Shown here: piece by piece, positions 8,895 through 17,423 of the stretch
Position numbering within the stretch: the first letter of the stretch is position 1
Layout of the letters: every line of letters starts with the position of its first letter
Translations under genes and position numbers: made by a program
Notes under the pieces: model-generated
The model's input: only the letters and a program-made list of their open reading frames with translations
Database searches by the model: none
Told to the model about the DNA's origin: nothing
From: an uncultured Eubacteriales bacterium
GTDB lineage: Bacteria > Acidobacteriota > Aminicenantia > Aminicenantales > Aminicenantaceae
Assembly: GCA_964429695.1 (NCBI GenBank)
Contig: CAYSCS010000068.1
Location: 15,352-79,351, forward strand
Direction of reading: 5' to 3'
Length of the DNA: 64,000 nt

Positions 8895-11378
8895 ATGCGA
8901 CTAAATAACTGGAAAATTATGATTAAGAAATTAACTTTCCCCCTTTTGCTTCAATTCTCTCTCCTCTCTCTTTCCCTCCTTGCCTCGGTAAACCTTTCTC
9001 AGACAGCAAGAGACTCCTTTTTCCCTGCCATTGCGGTAAACTCCTCAGGCGAGGTGATGGTAGTCTGGACAGAATGGGAAGGTGACAACAAGATGTACTA
9101 CCGAATCTTCCGCAATGGCCAATGGTCACAGATCCAAAATGCAGGGATTGTGAAAGAAAGGGCCTGGAGCAATCAGCTTTCTGTCGACTCTTACGGAACC
9201 TTTCACTGGACATGCGCGGATGGCTTCTCATCAGAATCAAGAGATATATATTACAGCTATTTTACAGGAAGTGGATGGGCAGCCGCTGAGATGCTTTATC
9301 GAAGCCCCTATAACTCAGCCTGGAACAAGATGGACATAGACACTAATAACGACATCCATGTCGTCTGGTATCACAGCCATATACCCAAAGGTGATGTCTA
9401 CCAATCAGATATTGTGACCATGGCTAAAAAGAGGATGGGCACCTGGCCCACAAGCTTCGAGTATGTCTCAAACAGCCGCACTCTTGAGTCTATCCACCCA
9501 GCAATCGCCGTTTTAAAAGGGAATGTCTATTGTTGCTGGATGGAGGGAGCAAGCCGTAAGCTTTATTTCAATGAGAAAGTAGGAGGGAGATGGGGTACAC
9601 CAAGAGAGATTGATCCCAGAGGATACTATCCCGACATGGAGGTGGATAGTTCAGGTGATCTTCACATCGTCTTCAGCTCAAGAGCGGGAAATATCTATTA
9701 CTTAACAAGGAGCGGAGGAAAATGGAGGACAAAGCAAATCCTCTCAAATGGAGGGGCTCCCCTTCAATTCCCTGACATCCATGAAAAAAATAATATTCTC
9801 GTTGCGGGCTGGGTCCAGGGACAGGGAGGAAACTGGGCGATTTATGGAGCCACAAAGCTTCCAGGTACCCAGTGGTCAGCACCTTTCAAGGTTTCAAACG
9901 CCCCAGGAGGGGAAGAAGGAAATAAACATGTTCAGGTTTTTCTCGATCAAAACAATTATGCTCATTTTGTCTGGGAACAAATAGGGGTTGGCGGAAAACA
10001 TGATATCTTCTATGAGAAGATTCCCATCCGCGGCGTTGAAGGTCCTTATATTGAAGTCGATAATTCTTATCTTACCTTCCAAACAGATGGCTCATACAAC
10101 CCTGAATCTCAGATCTTTAATCTTAGAGCTGGAGGTAAAGGAAGTTTTAATTATTCCTTATCCTCAAACAGAAGCTGGCTTCATGTCTCACCTAAGGAGG
10201 GGCATTCTCAAGGAGAATGGGACACAATCTCCGTTGAAGTGGATATTATAGGACTTGAAGATGGAACATATAATGGAACAATAACTATTACTGCCTCAGA
10301 AGCCTACAATAGCCCCTACGAAGTAATGGTTTCACTGACAATCGGTGAGCCACAGGGGCCGACCTATCTCGAATTAGACACTCAATCGCTTTCATTCTCT
10401 ACTAAAGAAGGGAGAAACCCCGGCTCACAAGCTTTCAAGCTCAGAGCCACTGGGGGCGCAGCAAGCTATAAAATTTCCACTAACAAAGATTGGCTCCATG
10501 TCTCTCCCCAACAAGGAAGCTCCTCAGGAGAATGGGATGAGATCACTGTCTCTGTGGAATGTGAGAACCTCAAGCATGGAACTCGGAATGGAACAATTAT
10601 CATCGAATCTGAAAAGGCGCAGAATAGCCCCCTTCATATAAGTGTAACTCTGGTGATCGAGAAAAGAGAGCTCCCCTCCATCCAGCTCAGCAGGACGTCC
10701 CTCTATTTCTGGGCCTATGCAAAAGGCGATAACCCTGAACCAAAGACATTTCTCATCAGGAACGGAGGGGCAAAGACTCTCGAGTATGAATTAGAGACAA
10801 ACAAAGAATGGCTTAAACTCTCGCCAAAAAAGGGAAGCTCAAGCGGAGAATGGGATACGATAACTGTCTCTGTAGAGATCTCATCTTTAAATGTGAACAA
10901 TCATACAGGAAAAATCACCATCAGAGCTCAGGGTGCAGATAACAGCCCCCTCTGGGTAAATCTCCAGCTTGAAATCATGCTCCCCCCAAATCCCTATCCT
11001 CCACTTAAAGTCAAGGTGACTAAAATCAACCATGAAGGCCTGATGATAAAAGAATATAAGAACAAAATCGAGTGGGAAGAAAACCCAAAAAATGATGGGC
11101 TTTTTGCAATCGAAAAATACAGAATCTACAGAAAAGACACTTCAGCCCCAGACTCGCCTTTTCTCTATCTGAATGAAGTGCAGGCAAACACCTTCATTTA
11201 TTTTGACGGAGGCTTCTCAACAAAGGCTGAAAGAAATAAATATGCCTATTCAGTTACCTGTTTAAGTTCTGATGGAAAAGAAAGCTTTAGGTCAGAATCT
11301 ATTGATGGGGAAGAAACCCAAGACGAGCCTCCAAAAGAAATAAATAAGAGGAAAGAAGCTTTCCCTCGCAGAAAATAA
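8895..11378 (+). CDS. secreted multidomain protein: signal peptide, beta-propeller-like region (sialidase/BNR_2-like), three BACON-like Ig-fold repeats, FN3-like C-terminal domain
   Basis: SD AAAGGAG precedes the ATG. Hydrophobic signal LTFPLLLQFSLLSLSLLASV. A blade-like motif (P-x-I-A-V-[DN]-x-x-G-x-[IV]-H-[IV]-V-W ... I-Y-Y ... G-x-W) recurs six to seven times. Three ~104-aa repeats carry W-L-[HK]-[VL]-S-P..G.S.GEWD.I.V.VE and NSP. The C-terminal segment (PYPPLKVKV...YRIYRKD...) is FN3-like. Confidence 0.6.
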   Translation: MRLNNWKIMIKKLTFPLLLQFSLLSLSLLASVNLSQTARDSFFPAIAVNSSGEVMVVWTEWEGDNKMYYRIFRNGQWSQIQNAGIVKERAWSNQLSVDSYGTFHWTCADGFSSESRDIYYSYFTGSGWAAAEMLYRSPYNSAWNKMDIDTNNDIHVVWYHSHIPKGDVYQSDIVTMAKKRMGTWPTSFEYVSNSRTLESIHPAIAVLKGNVYCCWMEGASRKLYFNEKVGGRWGTPREIDPRGYYPDMEVDSSGDLHIVFSSRAGNIYYLTRSGGKWRTKQILSNGGAPLQFPDIHEKNNILVAGWVQGQGGNWAIYGATKLPGTQWSAPFKVSNAPGGEEGNKHVQVFLDQNNYAHFVWEQIGVGGKHDIFYEKIPIRGVEGPYIEVDNSYLTFQTDGSYNPESQIFNLRAGGKGSFNYSLSSNRSWLHVSPKEGHSQGEWDTISVEVDIIGLEDGTYNGTITITASEAYNSPYEVMVSLTIGEPQGPTYLELDTQSLSFSTKEGRNPGSQAFKLRATGGAASYKISTNKDWLHVSPQQGSSSGEWDEITVSVECENLKHGTRNGTIIIESEKAQNSPLHISVTLVIEKRELPSIQLSRTSLYFWAYAKGDNPEPKTFLIRNGGAKTLEYELETNKEWLKLSPKKGSSSGEWDTITVSVEISSLNVNNHTGKITIRAQGADNSPLWVNLQLEIMLPPNPYPPLKVKVTKINHEGLMIKEYKNKIEWEENPKNDGLFAIEKYRIYRKDTSAPDSPFLYLNEVQANTFIYFDGGFSTKAERNKYAYSVTCLSSDGKESFRSESIDGEETQDEPPKEINKRKEAFPRRK
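10041..10976 (+). repeat. three tandem ~104-codon BACON-like domain repeats inside the 8895-11378 gene
   Basis: Repeat units start near 10041 (PYIEVDNSYLTF...), 10359 (PTYLELDTQSLSF...) and 10669 (LPSIQLSRTSLYF...). Conserved cores are SWLHVSPKEGHSQGEWDTISV, DWLHVSPQQGSSSGEWDEITV and EWLKLSPKKGSSSGEWDTITV. Confidence 0.75.
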
Positions 11379-11603
11379 AATTTGATTTATTATCTAAATC
11401 TATTTATTCCCTCTCTTCTTAAAACCCTTACTCAAAATTTAAAAATTTTTTTTTAAGCTCATTTCTGAACCTAATCCAAAAAATTTTTTCGATTTCCTTT
11501 TATTTTTATTACATGAATTAGCTTAATAATTTAATTGCAAAACGAGCTTGAAGCTTTTAATCATCTAAACTTGAAAAACAACGATTCATTCCCTGTCCTT
11601 GGT

Positions 11604-11632
11604 TTGACTCACTTTTTTGCCTGTGATATACA
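11604..11632 (+). promoter_or_regulatory. predicted sigma-70-type promoter (TTGACT / 17 nt / TGaTATACA) for the 11687 gene
   Basis: -35 at 11604-11609 and -10 at 11627-11632 with an extended TG; 55-nt leader containing SD AAGGAAG. Confidence 0.5.
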
Positions 11633-11686
11633 GGAAAATCACAAAATACTTGAATCAAATTGAAAGCAAAAAAGGAAGTAAAAATT

Positions 11687-14215
11687 ATGCATCTTCTTAA
11701 AAAATATTTTAGTATTCCCATCGAAAAAATAATATTTATTTTGACACTTTTTACCTATCTTTTCTTCATTTTTGCTTTCTTCTCACCTTCGCTACCCAGA
11801 CTCGGTATCTCCTTGCGAGGAGCAAGAGAAGAGTTGTTTTTCCTTCTCCTCTTTCTCTCTTTTCTTTTTTGCTTTCTTAAAAGAAAAAAACTACTTGTGG
11901 CCTTGAAGAAGAAGAAACTAAAAATCGTATCCCTCACCTTTCTCATCATCTCCCTTACCCTACTACTTACTCGACTCCCTTACCTAATCAATGATTTCAG
12001 CCTCTTAAACGCTGACAAATCAGTCACCCTCCTCATGGTTAAGAATATTGCAGAAGGAAAAAGCTTCCCTCTCTACTTTTATGGCCAACTCTACCAGGGA
12101 AGCTTGAATGCCTATCTTACTGCTCTAATCTTTTTTCTCATCCCCTCGTTGAAGATTTCCGTTCTTCTAATAAACATCATCTTTTTCTCCCTGTTTATCC
12201 TCTTTTCCTCCCTTCTCCTTCGTCGGATTACGGATTCAACCTCTTATTTCTATCCTGTTCTCATCCTTTGCCTCCCTCTTTCTGGGTTAGTTTTTTTTTC
12301 GAATGATGAAATAAGGGGATTTTCAGTAGTCGTCTTTTTTGAAATTCTTCTCATTTATCTTGCCTACAGAATCATTTTCGACTCACGTGATTATCATTTC
12401 TCAGTCGGCATGGTCACAGGAGTCCTCTTCTGGCTCTACCAGCCCTCTCTTTCCACAATCCTTCCCATCTATGCGGGAATATTTTTTTCTGAGCTCCGCA
12501 GGAGCCCTCTGCGAAAGTCTCTCTCCAAGGGTATTCTTGCCTTAACAGGGTTTATCGCTGGAAGCTTTCCCCATCTTTTGGGAGAAATTAATAACGAGTT
12601 TACAAACACCAAGGTTCTCTTCTTTTCAGGAGATTTTCCTGCCCATATAAAATCGATGAAGCTCTCTTCCTTACTGTCTGCTCTCAAAGCCTTGCTCTTT
12701 GATTTAGATTCGCAAAGAATCATCTCCCTCTTTTTCATCCTAATTTTCTTTGCAACCATTATTATTTGTTTATGTTTATTCATTAAGAAAAAAGAGACGA
12801 AAAAAATCTTCCTCCCAGCCCTCATGGCAGCAAATCTCTTACTCCTCCTCCTTTCCATGTATCCTCCCGTTCCTCGTTACATCGTTCATTACCGCTTTTT
12901 TTCGTTTTATCCTCTTTTGATCTGCTCAACATTCTTCATGGAATTTAAAATATTCTCAAGAAAAAGATTGAAATTTGCCTTTATCATCTTTTTTGCTTTT
13001 TTCTCTGGATGGAAATCTGTGAAAAATTATCCCATGCTCAGAGAGGCTCATTTCAAGAATAAAAAGGACATCTGCGAACTAAAAGAAGGAAGAGAAAACC
13101 TTATCCTGGGTAATTACTGGGATATGATGAAATACCTTCCTTTCATGGAAGACAAACTCCTCATCTCAACCCCTTCTGAAGTCAGAATCGACGGAGTTTT
13201 TCCTTATGCCAAGTACCTTCCCCTCGGCTTTAAGCTCGGAGAATTCTGGGAGAAAGAAAGTAGAGCTTTTCTGGTGCCAAGGAAGAAAGAGGCTTCGAGC
13301 GAAGAATTTCTCAGGGATTTAGGAATTTCCTTCGCCAAGAAAGAATTTTCTTCTGGACGTTATGCTCTTTATTCGAAATTCTCAAGAGAAATCTCACCTT
13401 ACCTCCTCGTGCTTCTCAATTCTGACCTCAAGAAAAGATGGGAAGGAGGAAAGAGGCCAAATTTCATCTATTTCAAAAATAAACTCCCCTCCCTTCCCGA
13501 GCTAAAGGTAAGGGAGGGGAACCTAATCCTCAATCTTCCAGAATGGGAAGACCTTCCTTCTCAAAGCAGGGGAGCTGAGTTTTTTAAGGATTGGCGGTAT
13601 TGCTTAAAGACAGAGGAAGAAAAGCTAAGCTTCCCTCTCAATCTAAAATCAAGAATAACAGCTTATTCATATCCCCAGCACATTTCACTCCAAGGAAATA
13701 AATACAAAGCCTTCATTAATTTTCTCGATATTCCTATTCTCGAGGCTGGAGAGGTCGAAATTAAGGGGAATTCACCTCAAGCGAAGTTAATCATATCTCG
13801 ACTAAGAGACGCCCTAACCTTCTTCCCCATCTGGGGAAAAGAGAGGAAACCCCGAATTGGAGTCCCCGTAGAAGGGCTTAAACTCGAGGTTGTTAACCCT
13901 TCCGTCGTCTCCATTGAGCTTCGTATTTTTTCCTTTTTTAACTTCGACTCATCCCTCTGGACAAACTTCTATCAGCAGACTCTTCATGTGAATGGGGAAA
14001 AAATCCCGCTTAAATATGGAGAAAACCGGATTCTTAATAAGCTTCACCAAGAAAGAGTAATTAAGTTGAACACAGAATTTAAAACTCTGCTTTATGCTCT
14101 CGATTCCAGAGGAAATGTCACCTTCCCCAATTCTGGGGCAATACTCGAAAGCATTATCCTCCATGAAAAAGGGCAAAGTTACATTCTGAATCCATTTTTA
14201 TCTCCGCTTGAGTGA
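11687..14215 (+). CDS. polytopic membrane protein, GT-C-fold glycosyltransferase-like (ArnT/PMT-like) with a ~400-aa soluble C-terminal domain
   Basis: About a dozen hydrophobic helices over the first ~440 aa. The first loop (LNADKSVTLLMVKNIAEGKSFPLYFYGQLYQGSLNAYL) resembles the ArnT/PMT loop-1 region. ATG 11687 with an SD is preferred over TTG 11660. Confidence 0.5.
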   Translation: MHLLKKYFSIPIEKIIFILTLFTYLFFIFAFFSPSLPRLGISLRGAREELFFLLLFLSFLFCFLKRKKLLVALKKKKLKIVSLTFLIISLTLLLTRLPYLINDFSLLNADKSVTLLMVKNIAEGKSFPLYFYGQLYQGSLNAYLTALIFFLIPSLKISVLLINIIFFSLFILFSSLLLRRITDSTSYFYPVLILCLPLSGLVFFSNDEIRGFSVVVFFEILLIYLAYRIIFDSRDYHFSVGMVTGVLFWLYQPSLSTILPIYAGIFFSELRRSPLRKSLSKGILALTGFIAGSFPHLLGEINNEFTNTKVLFFSGDFPAHIKSMKLSSLLSALKALLFDLDSQRIISLFFILIFFATIIICLCLFIKKKETKKIFLPALMAANLLLLLLSMYPPVPRYIVHYRFFSFYPLLICSTFFMEFKIFSRKRLKFAFIIFFAFFSGWKSVKNYPMLREAHFKNKKDICELKEGRENLILGNYWDMMKYLPFMEDKLLISTPSEVRIDGVFPYAKYLPLGFKLGEFWEKESRAFLVPRKKEASSEEFLRDLGISFAKKEFSSGRYALYSKFSREISPYLLVLLNSDLKKRWEGGKRPNFIYFKNKLPSLPELKVREGNLILNLPEWEDLPSQSRGAEFFKDWRYCLKTEEEKLSFPLNLKSRITAYSYPQHISLQGNKYKAFINFLDIPILEAGEVEIKGNSPQAKLIISRLRDALTFFPIWGKERKPRIGVPVEGLKLEVVNPSVVSIELRIFSFFNFDSSLWTNFYQQTLHVNGEKIPLKYGENRILNKLHQERVIKLNTEFKTLLYALDSRGNVTFPNSGAILESIILHEKGQSYILNPFLSPLE

Positions 14216-14224
14216 AATTCATTC

Positions 14225-16057
14225 TTAGAGGTAACCAAGAGACTTCAAAAGCTCAATCATCTTTTGGTCCGGGACCACCTCTTCGCCCTTCATTTTCAGA
14301 TTATTCGCTCCGGCTTGAATCACATGTTGAAAAAGGGGGATAACCTTCCTCACCTCATATTTTTTCTGCAAATAGAGGTTGAGCCTCTCCTGCGGGTCCT
14401 CAATAAGGTCATAAAATTCATATTCGCTGTAAGGAGGCGGAGGGTTACTAAAGAAGGCAAATGTCTTTTCAGTATAGGGAATGTTATAGATCACTTTTTG
14501 ATTTCTCTGGATTGTGGCTACCTTGAAGGGTAGTTCGGGAATATAGAAGCCGCTGGTAAGAGAAGAAATGAGAGCCCTCTTCTTTACTTTCCCTTTGAGG
14601 AAAAGAGAGAGGTCAATACCATCCACCGCTTTTCTTTCAAAGGGAAGACCGTAGTAATTCAAAACGAAAGGCATGATATCAATCAGACCAACTTCTGACT
14701 CTACAATCTTTCCTGCAAATTTCCCTTTTGGAAACTTGATGATAAGCGGTACGTGAATAAGTTCGTTGTAAAGAGAGTGAACATGCCCCCAACCAGAATG
14801 GTCAAAGAACTCTTCTCCGTGGTCAGAAATCAAGATTATCATCGAGTTCTCATAAAGATTCTTTCTCTTCAAGTACTCAATGAACTCTCCAAACCCGAGA
14901 TCAAAGGTATAAATTTCAGCGTCATAGAGGTCTAAATAAGCCTCTATCATCGCCTGAGGAAGCTCCTTGTACTGGTCTCTGTGTTGAGAGCCAACTGTGG
15001 GAGATGAAAGAGAGGTGAATTGCGGGGATTCGTTGAAAAGCTTCAGGTTTTCCAAAGGAGGGTTGTAAGGGCTATGTGTCTGATAGGTATGAAGGAAGTA
15101 GAAGGAAGAAGGGTTTTTATTTTTTTCAAGGTCGAGGGTAGTCAATTCAAAAAGCCTTTTCGTTGCTTGCGGAGAGAATTGGTCCATCGGGATGCTGTGG
15201 TAGAAATCAAACCCTCTGAAAAACCCAAAAACAGATGAGACATAGATACCACCGTTGAAACTTCGGGTTGAAAACTCTCTCGAAAGCTCTTCAACGAGAT
15301 AGTTGATCCGGGAAGAAATGACTGTTCCCCTTTTCACTCCATGATTGAATTCGTAAAGAGAAGTGAAAAGAGACATATGAGATGGAAGAGTCCAGGGCGC
15401 CTGGGCATATGCATTCTTAAAGACGACACTCTCCCTGGCAAAGGCATCGATATGGGGAGAAGTCTTGCGCTGATAACCATAGGTTTGAAGATGGTCTGCA
15501 CGAAGGGTGTCAGCACAGATAAGAAATATAAGCCTCCTTTCTCCATCTCTCTTTTTTTTAAAAAAAATTGGTTCCCCGATGAGCAAAATCCCCTTCCCCG
15601 CAGCCGCCAGAGTGATTTTATCATCTTTAGCTAATCTTATTTCTTCCCTGATAGAAACAGTATTCTTAGAAGAAATATTTTTTCCACTAAGAAGTGTGCT
15701 ATTCTGGTAAATTTTAACAAGAGAGTTTGTCTTTAAGCCAGAGAGAATCTCAAGGTGAAAAATATACTCTCCTTTAAGCTTGGGCCTAAAGCTTATCTTT
15801 CTCACCCCTTTCTCAAGCCTAAGAAGCTTCCCCCGCAGAGACGTCGACTCAAACTCAAAATAATCAATCCCCCTTACCTGAAAATGCTTGAGATTATTCT
15901 CTTTAAGAAAAGATTCTTCAAAAGAAGAAGATAGAGGCAAAGGAATTCTTCGAAATTCAATCCCTCTCTTCATAAAAGAGAAATAGATAATAAGCGAGAA
16001 GAAAATAAGAAGAAAAGCAAGGACTAATGCTTTCTTCATACGGATTTTATACCACAC
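14225..16057 (-). CDS. membrane-anchored alkaline-phosphatase-superfamily (sulfatase-fold) protein with Thr at the nucleophile position
   Basis: N-terminal TM. A ~150-aa beta-rich spacer domain follows. Metal-site motif LICADTLRADH. T223-LPSHMSLFTS aligns with the C-x-P-S-R-x-x-L-x-T-G sulfatase signature. SDHGEEF is present. C-terminus is LKSLGYL. Alternative start at ATG 16039. Confidence 0.75.
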   Translation of the reverse strand: MWYKIRMKKALVLAFLLIFFSLIIYFSFMKRGIEFRRIPLPLSSSFEESFLKENNLKHFQVRGIDYFEFESTSLRGKLLRLEKGVRKISFRPKLKGEYIFHLEILSGLKTNSLVKIYQNSTLLSGKNISSKNTVSIREEIRLAKDDKITLAAAGKGILLIGEPIFFKKKRDGERRLIFLICADTLRADHLQTYGYQRKTSPHIDAFARESVVFKNAYAQAPWTLPSHMSLFTSLYEFNHGVKRGTVISSRINYLVEELSREFSTRSFNGGIYVSSVFGFFRGFDFYHSIPMDQFSPQATKRLFELTTLDLEKNKNPSSFYFLHTYQTHSPYNPPLENLKLFNESPQFTSLSSPTVGSQHRDQYKELPQAMIEAYLDLYDAEIYTFDLGFGEFIEYLKRKNLYENSMIILISDHGEEFFDHSGWGHVHSLYNELIHVPLIIKFPKGKFAGKIVESEVGLIDIMPFVLNYYGLPFERKAVDGIDLSLFLKGKVKKRALISSLTSGFYIPELPFKVATIQRNQKVIYNIPYTEKTFAFFSNPPPPYSEYEFYDLIEDPQERLNLYLQKKYEVRKVIPLFQHVIQAGANNLKMKGEEVVPDQKMIELLKSLGYL

Positions 16058-16155
16058 TCCCTCTTAAATTTACAGAAATTAACTCCCCCACAAAATAAAA
16101 CATCTTCATCAGTAAAAAAAGAAATTAACCAAAAAATTTTTAAGAATAAGAGGCC

Positions 16156-17220
16156 TTAAAGATTGAATCTATAAATCAGGGAAAGGGAGTATTCGACTCC
16201 TCCAAGATTAACCCTTATTTCATCTTCCACGGTCTCAGACCAGAGATACTTGAAATAAATCTTCAGCGCCAGAAAAGGAAGAGGGTCAAAATATGTGCCT
16301 GCCTGAAGATGATATCCCACATCCGAACCGCCCACTGAAGAAATCACGAAGTCCTCCGGGTATTTTTCCTTGTAGACTATATAATCCACTCCTGTGCCAA
16401 TAAAGGGAGTGAATAAATAAACCTTTCTCAAATATCTGAGGGCAAGGGAAAATGAGGTGATGGTGAGCTTGAGTTCTTCTGCGGTAAGTGAGGTCTTTCC
16501 TTCCTTACTGAAATGAGAGGCGCTTGTCCAGAGATCAAAGTTATTGATTCCTACCGGAAGAAGAAAAGAGAGCTCCCCTCTAAATACATAACCTCCATCT
16601 CCATAGACTTCTTTAAAAACAGAATCCTGGAAGAAAGAATATCCATAGGAAAACCCAACAGCAATATCTCTTATTTTTTTCTCAACTTGAGGCGTTTCCT
16701 CTTTTACAGGAGTTACACCTCTTTTGAGTTCTTCAATTTCAGCTGGCTTTGCACTCATCTCTTCTTGTTTTTCCTCTTTTTCTTCTTCGATTATCTGCTC
16801 ACCTTTTTCACTCTCTTCAGAGGTTGAAAAAGCTTCTTCGGAGAAGACTATCACAATCCCATTTTCTTTTTCTTCTAAGGTATAATGGGGGATTCTTTCG
16901 ATGAAGTTGAAGACTACCCGCGCCACTTCGGGCTTAAACAGTGCGCTTCTTATACTCGCTAATTCACCTTCCTCAATTTCAATAAGCGGGTCGATGCTAA
17001 TTTTAGAAACAGGTGTGAAATCTAAAACGAGGCAAAGAGGGTCTTCGAGGGTAAAGACCTCATAGGTGAGCTCACCCTTATATTCAACTAAGATTTCAAG
17101 CTGATGGTCCAACTTTTGATAGATGATGCGCGATAGCTCTCCTGTGACCTCACTCTGTGCAAAGAGAATGCTCGCTGACACTAAAAGTGCAAGAAAAATT
17201 AAATTCAATCCCTTTTTCAT
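16156..17220 (-). CDS. outer-membrane protein: signal peptide, AMIN-like domain, acidic linker, C-terminal beta-barrel
   Basis: Signal peptide LIFLALLVSASILFAQS. AMIN-like segment (LEILVEYKGELTYEVFTLEDPLCLVLDF). E-rich linker. Alternating-hydrophobic strands (IAVGFSYGYSF..., ITSFSLALRYL..., LKIYFKYLW..., YSLSLIYRFNL). SD GAGGAGG. Confidence 0.6.
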   Translation of the reverse strand: MKKGLNLIFLALLVSASILFAQSEVTGELSRIIYQKLDHQLEILVEYKGELTYEVFTLEDPLCLVLDFTPVSKISIDPLIEIEEGELASIRSALFKPEVARVVFNFIERIPHYTLEEKENGIVIVFSEEAFSTSEESEKGEQIIEEEKEEKQEEMSAKPAEIEELKRGVTPVKEETPQVEKKIRDIAVGFSYGYSFFQDSVFKEVYGDGGYVFRGELSFLLPVGINNFDLWTSASHFSKEGKTSLTAEELKLTITSFSLALRYLRKVYLFTPFIGTGVDYIVYKEKYPEDFVISSVGGSDVGYHLQAGTYFDPLPFLALKIYFKYLWSETVEDEIRVNLGGVEYSLSLIYRFNL

Positions 17221-17282
17221 TCTTTCCTCCTCTATGGGCTATCCTTAAAATCGTCTCTTTGCCTTTGAAAGAATAGAGCTCT

Positions 17283-17311
17283 TTTATAATGGATTTATCA
17301 TCCTTTGTCAA
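17283..17311 (-). promoter_or_regulatory. predicted sigma-70-type promoter (TTGACA / 17 nt / TATAAA) for the OMP-sulfatase-fold operon
   Basis: Reverse complement of 17283-17311 reads TTGACAaaggatgataaatccatTATAAA; 62-nt leader with SD. Confidence 0.5.
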
Positions 17312-17423
17312 TTTTTTTCTAATTCAGCTCAATATCAGGAAAAATTAGGTAAATTTCGGGCTATAATGGCATGAAATATTACTTGAGGTCTTGCGATGTT
17401 TTCCGTAATATAGCTAAAGAGAA

